DNA of 62,832 bases, counting the filler, from Hausera hauseri (taxonomy: Eukaryota): the NCBI GenBank assembly GCA_046269625.1. It is 10 parts of 10 records of this genome, joined end to end, with 100 filler letters (N's around TTAATTAATTAA, not from the genome) between each part and the next. Parts side by side here need not be neighbours in the genome. Positions count along the whole stretch, not along the records: positions 26,582 to 37,549 come from JBJURY010137760.1; positions 37,650 to 42,981 come from JBJURY010277506.1; positions 43,082 to 47,594 come from JBJURY010546565.1; positions 47,695 to 52,058 come from JBJURY010616442.1; 6 more parts are not named here. The stretch is one strand, 5' to 3'. The notes below the pieces were generated by a model. That model was not told where the DNA came from, did not search any database, and worked only from the letters and a program-made list of their open reading frames with translations. This document shows positions 36,178-47,709 of this stretch, one piece after another (positions within the stretch are counted from its first letter, which is position 1; the number at the start of each line of letters is the position of its first letter). The translations under genes and the position numbers were made by a program.

Positions 36178-37309
36178 TGTTGTGATCCTGATGAAGTACT
36201 CCGACACCATGAGATAAAACGCATCAATTCGTTGGCAATTGCAAAACAAATAACAGTGCAAAAAACGGTATTTACAGGTAACAAAAAATAAAATAAATAA
36301 AGGAACGTTACTTCGTTGGGCACAACATCACCCCCGTGGCAAAGTGTGAACTATACAGATAAGACGGGATACAAAACGAACACAAAAACGGAACAGTCTA
36401 GAATAGCTATGTGGTGCTTTATTAGATGATTTAGTGTCGATTGATGGACTGTAAAGATGAAAGTAAATACGAAACAAACGCAAAACGAAATGATGTGAAC
36501 TAACTATACTGTCTTTGTATGTACAAGGTGTTGTATACCTTCAGTATTTAGCACTCTACTGTAAGTACTGAAGGTGACCGATTTGAATTTTTTTGTATCG
36601 TTGAATCTGGTTGACAAGTTGGTGGAGATAGAACTATGTCGGATGTCGTAGTTAAAGTTGGTGTATTGTTCAGAGACGGAGAATGGGCTGGAGGTGAGAA
36701 TGTAGGAGAAACTAGGAGAAAAGTGGTGAGACTAGTGGTAGGAGTTTTAGGGGTAGGTTCTAGTAGCGGAGTAGATGAAGGGTTTGAAGGAATAGAAATT
36801 GAAACAAACCGTGGCGTCAGAGAAGGTGTATCAGGTTCAGTTTGAGGTGTAGCATCAACAAAAAAGGCGGGCTTTACGTTGTTTATGTGCACCGATAGTT
36901 CCTTGCTGTCTTTAAAAATTATGGCATTGTGGGAATGTAATTTCACGAGTATGTAAGACCCAGAATACCGTGGTTGAAAACCGCACGGTATTTGATTTCT
37001 CAACCAGACGAATTTTGCAGAATATAGATCCTCCGGTAAGTATGTTTTATTGTTATTGAAGATCCTACAGAAGGAATCTTGGCTGATTGAAACAAAATGG
37101 TCTTCTGCTGATCGGATAGCTTCATCTGTCGGTGTATCTTCTAAGGCTGTTAATTCAGACAATGAACGTACAGGTTTTGGAAAAAGGCTTCGGTAGATGA
37201 ACAACCTGTCGAGGTAGAAGGTGTATTACGTTAACCCAGAAGAACAAGCGGAAGGAGAGTAATCCAACTGCTATTTGATTTTGCGAGGATTCTCAATGAC
37301 GTTTTTAGT
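36178..37309 (-). mobile_element. Family A copy 3: integrase C-terminus, PPT and short 3' LTR (36178-36327)
   Basis: ORF 36548-37204 is homologous to the integrase tail of 27456-28556; minus GGGGGTGA|TGTTGTG...CACAACA gives a 150-bp LTR with 7-bp inverted termini. Confidence 0.8.
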
Positions 37310-37549
37310 ACACTTTGTACATAAATATGTACTATATTGCTCCGAATTGACAGCACCATTCGCACACCTAAGCGGCGGCAAAAAATATCAGCCAATCTAG
37401 TGGGCACCTGAATTGGTCGACAAATTAGATAAGCTACGCGAAGGAATCAAAACCGTCGATATTCTAGCTTTCCCCAAGCCTGATGCAGAACTCATCCTTA
37501 CTACAGACGCGTCAACCACTGCAGTAGGCGCTGTACTCCACCAGATCTA
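37310..37549 (+). pseudogene. Inverted family A RT/RNase H fragment
   Basis: HFVHKYV..LTAPFAHLSGGKK..ILAFPKPDAELILTTDASTTAVGAVLHQI, opposite in orientation to the adjacent integrase. Confidence 0.85.
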
Positions 37550-40500
37550 NNNNNNNNNNNNNNNNNNNNNNNNNNNNNNNNNNNNNNNNNNNNTTAATTA
37601 ATTAANNNNNNNNNNNNNNNNNNNNNNNNNNNNNNNNNNNNNNNNNNNNAAGGCCGTGTTGGAATAAAGCTTCTGAGGTTGGGCCCTCATGGATTGCAGT
37701 GGCCGTGTAGAACGCTTTCTCTTTAGGTATTTAAGCTTGTACTATGCGTTTGCTTGGCGATAAATCGCACATTTTGGCGAAATTATAATCAAAATGAGGC
37801 CAAATTAGGTGAGATTTTAACCAATCATCGTGAAATTTGGCGAAAATTCTAACTATCACGTGATTAGAGAGTGGCTTAATGATACGGCAAACACATTAAT
37901 AGTAAAGCCATTTGGTCGTTAAAATTTGATCACAGTAGCTTGCGATGCAATTTGTTGTGTTACGCCTATTTTTAAGATTCGCTCAGTTAAGCCTAGTTTT
38001 AGGGTTAGGTATATCATTTTGTAAATTTTGCGTATGTGGTGGTGGAAATCTTATGAGTGAAGCGACTGCGTTCACTTTGATTATGTTATGAGACCTTATT
38101 TTAAATTATATGTCTTTTCATAAATTATCAAAATTTCGCCTTTTATAAAAGAAAATATTAATTTTAAATATTTAAAAATCAATAAATTGTACATTTCCTT
38201 TCCTGCATGGTCTTTATGTATAGTATATCTTGTAAATTTTATGGATGATGCAATTTTAATGGGTTCTTGCTGCGTTTTTAGCAAGGCCCTTCTAGCGCGC
38301 TGGTCAAAGCAATTGCCTTGTACGGAGAGTTTGAAATATATAGTATTCCATTTAAGATATTTAATTAAGCTCGAAATTAATAAATCGTACAATTAAACGT
38401 TAATGAGTAGCACAAAATTCGTTATTGTTATTAGCTTTAATTAAGATAATAAGTAATTTCTAAAATTTAAGTATTATTCAAATAATATTGTACTTACCAT
38501 AGGGGATTCTTGATTTAAAGCTAGTAGCTCTTGAATAAATTCTATAACATAGTGATTAACTTTTTAAAATATGAGGGTTATAGATGGATATAACCGATCC
38601 ATGCTAAACATCTAATCAGATAATTTTTTTATCTTATCGACTCTAAATTAAGTTTGCCGCATTGTCGATGAAGTTTATGTGCATGCTTGGCGATAAATCC
38701 CACAGTTCGGATACATTATAAACAAAATAACGCGCAATATGGCGACATTACAGTCAGATATCGCCAAAAATGGCTATATTTCTGAGATCAAGTCTACACA
38801 GTAAAATTATTTGCCTATTGAAATTTCGTGAGTGTAGGTCGTCTTATAGTTTGCTGTGTTAAGCCTTTTTTTAGGGTTAACTCAGTTAGGACTGCTTTTA
38901 GGGTTAATTGTATCATTTTGACAATGCGATGTTATGCATCACATGAGTGGAAGGCAATTTCATTTGGTAGAGAGGTGAGTGCATGCTTTAAATAACTTCT
39001 TATTTTATAGTTGAAATTAGAGAATATGACTATTATATCTTTTTATCTTAAATATCATAAGTAATTAACAGTATAGACCTTTCGGAATATGTCCAGTTTT
39101 GTTTCTCATTATCTTATAATTCAAAATGGAGAGGTTCTTATCTCAATATATTTATATTTTCCCAAGTGGCTCTCTAAATGTATATATATATATATATCTT
39201 TCTTGCATGTCGTCAAAATAATAAGATATGTGAATATTCCATAATATGTTAAAGTTTAAAAATGTTTTCTCTTAATGTAGTAAAGTCTAAAATTTCCAAG
39301 TCTCTCTCTTAATATGTATATATTTTCCCAAGTTCTTATCTCAATGTATCTTTCAAGCTTTTAAACTAATAAGCAATGTGACTCTCAAAATAATATATCG
39401 AAGATTGAAATTTTTTTATCTTAATGTAACAAAGAGTGAAAATTTCGAAGTCCCTCACTAAATATAGTTATATATGTACCCTTCTCGCATGCCTTTAAAA
39501 ATAATATGCATTGTAAGTCTTAAAATAGTATATTCGATGTATGCTATGCACCCTCGCACTACTGAATTATATACGCACGGAATTCCTACAGTCACATAGC
39601 CTCGCATCAGTGTTACCTTTCGCACCCTCAATAATTCTGTTTTTAATCAAACGTGGGATTTTGATATCTGGACTTAATCCGAAGTTACGTTATCATAAAG
39701 ACGAACTAAAAGGTTGTTTACTCTCTAAAAGATGTTTTTGGATGTTATCTGAAACAGTTAAAAGGTTGTTTCGCAGTCTAATAGATGTTATCTGAAACAG
39801 TTAAAAGATGTTTTGCAGCCTAATGGATGTTTTTGAGGAAATGCAATCAATTGTTTTGTACTAAAGTGTGCATTGAAAGCCTTGTTTGTTTCAACCGTTT
39901 CAGCGGAAGTGGTCAGAATAACATCTTGTTTACCTTACTCATATTGAAGTCGAAATTCGCATTCGTAAGACGCTATGGAACCCACGCAGATTTTATTTCA
40001 GTATGTTTTACTGAGGTCTCAGCGAGCAAAAGCGTTAAATTTTTGGCCGAATGAGAGCTTGTTAGCACTGTGTAGATATCAATAATACATTGCTAACAAG
40101 TTATTTTTTCGGCTGTAGACGTTTCTTCTAAGGCGTGTACATAAGGAGGTTAGTTATTTTCAAAATTTGTCATATATCTTGTAAATTCATAACGTATTAA
40201 AAATGTATGTCTTCAAAATTAAAAATTGTATACATCTATCCTTAAAATTTAAGTTGTTAAAATTACCTCTTTTCAAAGTAAATGGTGTTTATGTATAAAC
40301 GATCTGAAATCGTATGCTTGATCATTCGCAACGCATTAAAAGTTTGCAAAATCTAAAGTATTCTAAACATATATTTACAAATTAAAAGTTTAAAATGTAT
40401 ATTTGTAAAGTAATAATATTCTAAATTACATGTTTTTCGTAAAATGATATGTTTTATAAACCCTAATATATTCGAAATGTCATGTGCACGAATGTTTTAT

Positions 40501-40899
40501 AAATTCACAAATCTTTAAAAATTAAAATGTAAATTATTAAAAATAAACGTTTACCAATTTAAGACGTATGTATTAAAATTATCAATGCAAAATAATAATG
40601 TAATGATTTCGTAAACTCATTGTGTTTGTGTATGCAGGGTGTTAGAGGATTCAAGTCCCTAATTTCGTTAATGCTACTTGTCTCATAAAATTGAATGTTC
40701 CTAGTGCTAAGTTTTAATAATTTTTCGTAAAAGTATGATATGTTGTGCACCTTATGCAGTCTATGTATTCAGTACATGTATTTAAACACATTGTGTTCCG
40801 ATTCGCTCATTCAAACAGTAAAATCCAGTTTTAATCTTTGCCCACTATTTCGTACGTACATAATATATTGCATGTGTTAGCGATCTAGAAACCGCCACA

Positions 40900-42010
40900 A
40901 AAATATAAAATTAAATGTTTCAATGCTTAAATGTTTTATAAATTTAAACTGTAAACCTGAATTATTAAAAATGCGTGCTTGTAAAATCTAAAGTAATCAA
41001 AATTTTCGTTTGTAAGTCGTTAAAGTATTTAAAATATATGTTTGTAAAATCTAAATCGTGCGTTTAAACCATCCTGGCTGTCTTAGAACGTGGGTTTGAG
41101 TCTCGGAATCTACTTTAAGCCGTAAGTTTCACGCATCATAGTGTAACTACTAAATCTCCTTAGAAAGTGTTTCAATGTTGCATAAATTCAAACTGTAAAT
41201 CTAAATTATTCTAAATGTGCGTTTCCAAATCGTTAAAAATATATGTTTTCAAACTGAGAATGTGTATGCAAATATAAATGTAGATGTTTTAATGTCACCT
41301 AAATTCAAACTGTAAACCTAAATTATTAAAAATGTATGTTTACAAACTTAAAATGTATGCGAAAATATAAATTTAGATGTTTCGATGTTTTATAAATTCG
41401 AACTGTAAATCTAAATTATTCTAAATGTGTGTTTCCAAATTATTAGAAATATATGTTTTCAAACTAAAAACGTATGTGCAAATATAAATGTAGATGTTTT
41501 GATGTTACCTAAATTCAAACTGTAAACCGAAATTATTAAAAATGTATGTTATCAAACTAAAAATGTATGTTTCTAAACTAAAAATGTATGCGAAAATATA
41601 AATTTAGATGTTTCGATGTTTTATAAATTCGAGCTGTAAACCTAAATTATTAAAAATACCTGCTTGTAAAATCAAAAGTATTTCGAATGTATTAAAAATA
41701 TATGTTTTCAATTCGCAAAAATGTACGTTTTCATATTAAAAGATTAAAAAAATTGTGTATACAAAAACCTAAAGTAATCAAAATGTATGTTATCAATTGC
41801 GAAAGTATTCAAAATTATGTCTGTAATACCCAAATCGCGCGTTTAAACCGCCCTAGCTACTTTAAGACTCGAGTTCGAGTCTCGGAATTTACCTTAAGCC
41901 GCAAGTTACGCACATACAATCGTAGTCCTTAGAAAGTGTTTCAATGTAGCATGAATTCAAACTGTAAACCTAAACTATTCTAAATGCATGTTTTATATCC
42001 CTAAAGTATT
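40900..42010. repeat. AT-rich tandem repeat region (~95 + ~115 bp subunits, ~210-bp period)
   Basis: TAAATTC(A/G)AACTGTAAA(C/T)CTAAATTATT recurs at about 40940, 41183, 41300, 41394, 41510, 41624 and 41953. Confidence 0.75.
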
Positions 42011-42854
42011 CTAAATTGTATGTGTGTAATATCCCAAGTAATAAAATTGTAGTTGCAAAACCCTAAGTATTAAAATTACATGTTTCATAAATCGTGAAAT
42101 TCTTTCCGTAAATGTTAAGCCACTAAATATCATGTTTTTGAATAATCCTAAGTATTCAAATTCACAATTACCTAGTTGCGCTCTGAAACTGTACACAAAC
42201 GCTAGCACATAACTTCTCGTGCCGATGACAACTTAGCCACATGCATCCTATCCATTTTATAAGTCCGTACGGGAAAAAAATTAAATTAAAAGTATGTACG
42301 CAAAAAAATATTTCGTTAAATTTCAATCGATACACTACACAAAAAATGGTTAAAAATAAATTTTATGTAAACATTAATCAAAAACGGTGAGTACTCATAA
42401 TGAAATTAAAAAACTGTAGTTTACAGATTTTGAATTACCTTGTTATATAGTAAATAAATAAAATATACTTTATGTAAAATATGACAAAGACACGTATTTA
42501 GACATTAAAATGTCAATCTATACATAAGAATGTTAATTTTACGTGGAAATAAATATCCTATTTTAATTCAATTTTTGAACAAATTATACTTATTCCATAA
42601 TACATTACAACATATTGTGTTTTACTTTTGACTCGCACAGTTTTTCATTCTTATACACTTATTTTTCTGAAACAGATGAAACACTGAACACGTCCCTCTG
42701 TTTTTAATAATACATTTTTTGTAAACGTTGATTTTGAAAGGATTACTTGAGCTTCCGGTGTGGTGCTGGCACACTGAGTTCCTTGGGGCAACTCGATGGA
42801 GTCCCAAACTAATTCTTAAAGAATCTGATTATTCTGTTGCGTCTCCTTTCTTGA

Positions 42855-42980
42855 CTAAATGAACTGTTCCGGCGCCGTGTAGCGGAGCGTGCCGACGAAA
42901 TCTCCTGTCTTCGTCAAGTTGTCGCTTTCATCGTGCTTGGCCAACCCGAAGTCAGTGATCCAGATGTGGCCCTCTTGGTC
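42855..42980 (-). pseudogene. Bacterial-type (Planctomycetota-like) Ser/Thr kinase fragment at the contig end
   Basis: DQEGHIWITDFGLAKHDESDNLTKTGDFVGTLRYTAPEQFI*; GC-rich, unlike the AT-rich remainder of the contig. Confidence 0.7.
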
Positions 42981-45834
42981 GNNNNNNNNNNNNNNNNNNN
43001 NNNNNNNNNNNNNNNNNNNNNNNNNTTAATTAATTAANNNNNNNNNNNNNNNNNNNNNNNNNNNNNNNNNNNNNNNNNNNNTGATATAAGCATGATTGTC
43101 GAGATGCAGGATTTACGAAGATATGTAAGGAATATGGGCGAATCTAATAACCCACAAGTAATAAAGGCCAGAAAGGAATACGAAGAAAAGCTACATCAAA
43201 TGGAAGTTTATCATGGGTTAAGAGAACCAAAAAGGGAATACGAAAAAGCAATAGCACCCAAGAGTACTAACATGGCCAGAAAGAAAAATCTAGATCAAGC
43301 AGCGAAAAAAGAGAAGGAAGAAGAACCGACTACGCCTTCAAGTGTAGATTTGGACGCAGATACCGAGGTCGTGCCTCCAAATAAAGACAAAACAACAGAC
43401 GAGGTTGAAAGTGAATTCACTGGGCCATTAATACTTAAGATAACCAAGAATAGAGGTAGGAGCCCTTCTCTTAGGAGAAGGTCAAGAACTCGTTCACGGT
43501 CATCTATAAAAAGGATGTAGAAAAGGAGGAAGACTTCACCATCACTTTAAGAGATGAAACAGAGTTAAAAACTCCTGTTAACGCAAGACGTTCCTGAAAC
43601 AACAAACATTCCAAATATCGATGAAATTAATGAAATATGTCCGTTGCCGCCTAATGAAGAGGAGTCAAAAGAGGAAAAGTCTATTAAAACTACGAAGATT
43701 AGAAAATCTTGGGAAAATGCGAATGAGCTAACAGAAATAAGAGACACTCTAAACGATCCAGAAAGACTACCTGAAAGCTTGCAAAAGCTTCAGCAAATGA
43801 GCAAGCGGTTGGACATCTCAAGAAAATAACAATTCATAGAAAAGTTATATAAGAAGCTTAAAACTGGCCTCCAGAAGGGGGAAGAAGACATACTGTATGA
43901 AATGCACGAAACGCCGCAAGACTTGATAAAAACTTGGCAAAATAAATTAGAACTGTGGACAATGAGTGATATTGATTTTACGAAAATATGGTGGAATAAA
44001 AACGAACCGTTTCTCGACAAAGTTAATCAAGCGCAAGGATTGTTAAACATACTAAAGAGTAAACCAAAACTAAAACGTGTGAAACGTAATTTAGAAGGAT
44101 TGCTACATGAGATCGAAGAAGCAATGATTTCTTATATTCACAATAAGCCAGTATACGAACTTACCGATGCCGACTTAGAAATATTGAGTATAGCCCAAAT
44201 CGACATTTTTTAATAGAAATGTGCAGTTTAATAAAGGATAAACCGTGGAAAAACTTAGATTTAAAAACACGTATTGAAAGAAAAAATGAAATACGAGCCA
44301 AAATTAACGACTTAAGGATCGGTGTAGTCCACTCTGAAAATATAGAAGTACAAAGAATAATACGCGCTTGCCTTCTTGAACTAGATGAATATAAAGAAGA
44401 GTTCAACTACGTGAAACAAATCATAGAATTTGTACGAGGACCAGATCATGAACTGGAAGAAGCTTCTGCAGCATTAGACGAGATAATATACTTGAAACTA
44501 ACAATATCTAAACAATTGGAGAAGTGGATAGATTTGTTACTTTCCGTAGCCGAAGTGATTAACGAACGATTAAGGGAATTCACCGTGGTTGAGCCTATAA
44601 TGAAACACCAATTAGAAGAAATGCTAATAGATATCGGTACGATGGAAGATGAAACGAAATTGCGAATTAAATTCGAATCATTTCGAGAACTTGAGTTTAT
44701 GAGCCAGGATCAAAATCAAACAATACTGACAGAGATATATAATATGATAGAAGAGAAGGACTTCTACAGAAAAGAAACAAGTTAAGTGATCTTCAGCGAA
44801 GTTTAGTAAACATCCGTTGGGAAGGAATACAGAACCTAATACAGAAACCACTAAAGGAAATCTCTGTACAGGAGATAGAAACATTAGAGGTATGTAATGA
44901 CCACCGGATTGCTCTCGCGCAAACACTGCAATATATACAGAACCCAGTTGAATGGTGACCAGGCTTTTACTTACATTGCCACTCCGAACTAACCGAAATT
45001 AGAAATGATCCTCAACTGACGAGCGAGGAAGCCAAGTTCGTAACTAGGCTGATGGACGCAATAGATCCGGATGCCCAAGTGTTAAAACAAACGTACAAAT
45101 TAATCTCATTATTAACAGAAATGGCGGAAATTGACTAAATAGTAGCGAAAAGACTAACAAATCGGATGCGTGTGATAAAAAAACCGTTTACGCTCCGAGA
45201 AAAGACAACGCGAATTAAACGAATTACTAAGAGAAACGGAAATTTATAAGAATAAATATTCCCTTACGGAATCGGAAATTAATAGAAAGATGGAATTTAC
45301 ACGAAGGTGGCAGAGATAGAATCGCAGAAGTGACTAGTTACCAAGAAAAAGCCTGGATACAACCAGAGGAAATGTGTCGATTAATAAAGCTGATAAAACA
45401 AGCTTGGGGAAACGGTGATGGATTTAGGGTATTCATCATGAAAACTCTACAACCGCAATTAAGCGAATTACGCGAAGAGTCCAGGTCGGACATGCGGCAC
45501 TAATGAACTATGAGTTACCTGACGCAGACAATGAAGCCGAATGGATGAATATCTCCAAGATCTAACCGAGCAATGTCAGAGAACACAAATACATATTTAT
45601 AAATCACCTACTGGTGCACAGAAGACGAAAATCGACGTACAAATGCTAATCGATCCATCACTAAATGAAAAGGAATTGAGTGGTATGTTCAAAGTAAACA
45701 TAAGCGAAGATAAATTAAGGAAATTGATTCTAACTCTGACTAAGTTATCAAGTTAAAATACCGCATGCAATGCCGTACCTAAACTCTAAATAAGAGAATA
45801 CGCTAAAATATTGAAAAATAAACCGGAAGCGTAA

Positions 45835-46060
45835 ATTAAAGTGAAAGTATTGTCTAAAGGAATGGATGATGAGGAATTTGAATGCACTACCTATATTACT
45901 GTTGGGGACATAAAGCAACGGACAATAGATAAGAATGGTAGAGAAGGAGTCAATTACCGACTCTATTTCAGAGGTAGAATATTAGATGAGTCAGAGTTCT
46001 TAATAGACGTAGGAATAATACCACTCGAAGCAAATCGGATAATAGCAATAATTACTAGTG
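45835..46060 (+). CDS. Ubiquitin-like domain within the family B polyprotein
   Basis: TVGDIKQRTIDKNGREGVNYRLYFRGRILDESEFLIDVGI aligns without gaps to ubiquitin [40 protein letters not shown]; no C-terminal GG. Confidence 0.7.
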
Positions 46061-46754
46061 AGCAAACCAAATACAAAGCCACAAGGAGGGCACATACAGA
46101 ACACTGTGTTGGAAAAATTATGGGAATTCAGGACGTTGCAATGTACTTTGAATACTTACCGACGATGAAGACAAACTGCAATATGATAGAAACTTGGTCT
46201 CGCTGAGTAAAACCTTACCACCAGTGAAACCAAAACGGCCAGTCGGAAGACCAAGAAAAATAAAAGAAGCAGACTATAATGCAGATTTGATTAGGGAATT
46301 AAGACAACTATCAGTACCCATTCCAAGTTCAGATAATGAAGAATTAATCGAATTAATGAAAGACTTAATAAGCATAGTTAACTATACCGGACTACAAGGT
46401 GACACACTGTCCGAAAAAGAAAGACTAATATTTAATGCAGCTCGGACCATGAAAACTTCTCCATTTAAATGATCTAAAAGCACCCTCCCTGACGAAACAG
46501 AGATTGAGAGAATTATGACAGACAATACGACGGAAGAATTAAGGAATGTCTTGGTATATTTTACGGTGAGAACTAACCCTCCCCGAGAAAACGAATTTGA
46601 AAAGGCAATTAGATTAGCTAGAAAAGCTGCGAGAAGGGTTCTCAAAGAAATAAAGTGGACTAAATTGTTTGCAAAAGAGGAAAATGCAAAAGGGACTAAT
46701 AAGTTAGAAAATATGATACGAAATGTCTCTTTAAATAGAGGCAATGAATCCAAC

Positions 46755-47594
46755 TGGTTAGTCAATCTGCTAACAATAATGATGTTACTAAAACAGTTAG
46801 GAGCAGTCACTATATACGACTGTGATAAATTCAAGATGGGTCAAAAATATTCCCTAATGGATCTGGAAACATGTGAAGATGCCCGACCACACAAGTTAGA
46901 GACAAGAGAGAAGAACTACTTCTTATACCAACAACAAGAGCTGATATCGTTAGACGGAATTGAATGCATGTTGCGACAATCTCGCAGTATCTTCCACTTT
47001 GGATTAATACACGGACATTGTTCAATAATCAAACCGACAACTGCAAACAGGCTAGAGACACTGAAAGAGTACAACGGGACAATATTGAATTAGAAATGCA
47101 AGCTGGTAATATAATTAGAGCATACAGAGTTGTAGCCGGAAGGTTAGACATGCATACCGGACACTGTAGTGGAGCTGAATATGATACTGGCAAAGGATTA
47201 GAACAGAATGTAGTAGTTGTGGATTTTTACGAATCAGAAATGAGAACACAGAAAGTAATGTTTCATAGCGTCACCAAGTTATATACGGAGAACCAAAAAT
47301 GCCATTTACAAGATGGAACTTGTGTTTTTCGGAGCTCAGTTATAATATGGGTACCTCCCTCAGGAAGAAGCTGTAATTTTATTAAAATTAAAGAACTTAA
47401 GTTTAATGAGACCACCGGGAAAAGATATGTGGATAAATTAGATACCAATTCAAGGACGTGCGAAGATGTATTAGAACATTCTACGCCCACAATATTAATT
47501 TGCGATAAACATGGACTAAAATTTATCAAGAAGGAAATGATGTCACGTTGTGATGTGGTGATGTTTGCTAATAACTACGAAGCGTTCTTCGTAG
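46755..47594 (+). pseudogene. env: Chuvirus-like envelope glycoprotein, N-terminal half with internal signal peptide
   Basis: WLVNLLTIMMLLKQLGA|VTIYDC..YSLMDLETC..YQQ..ECMLRQSRSIFHFGLIHGH, GHCSGAEY..NVVV, C...DGTC..IIW.P..C, RCDVVMFANNY; starts in frame inside ORF 46515-47093. Confidence 0.8.
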
Positions 47595-47709
47595 NNNNNN
47601 NNNNNNNNNNNNNNNNNNNNNNNNNNNNNNNNNNNNNNTTAATTAATTAANNNNNNNNNNNNNNNNNNNNNNNNNNNNNNNNNNNNNNNNNNNNAGTCAG
47701 CCGTTTTTT

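Larger units (their letters stand above)
43082..47594 (+). mobile_element. Family B copy 2: post-gag unknown region - ubiquitin-like domain - AT-hook - env N-half
   Basis: Run of same-strand broken ORFs, colinear and homologous with 52159-54970 (e.g. NNPQV.KARKEYE.KL..MEVYHGL, AIAPK.T.MARKKN, PLILKITKNR) and with env 7718-8083. Confidence 0.85.

Noticed and set aside
37650-37750. GC-richer contig start considered as an rRNA end
   Set aside because: No conserved rRNA motif that I can recognise.
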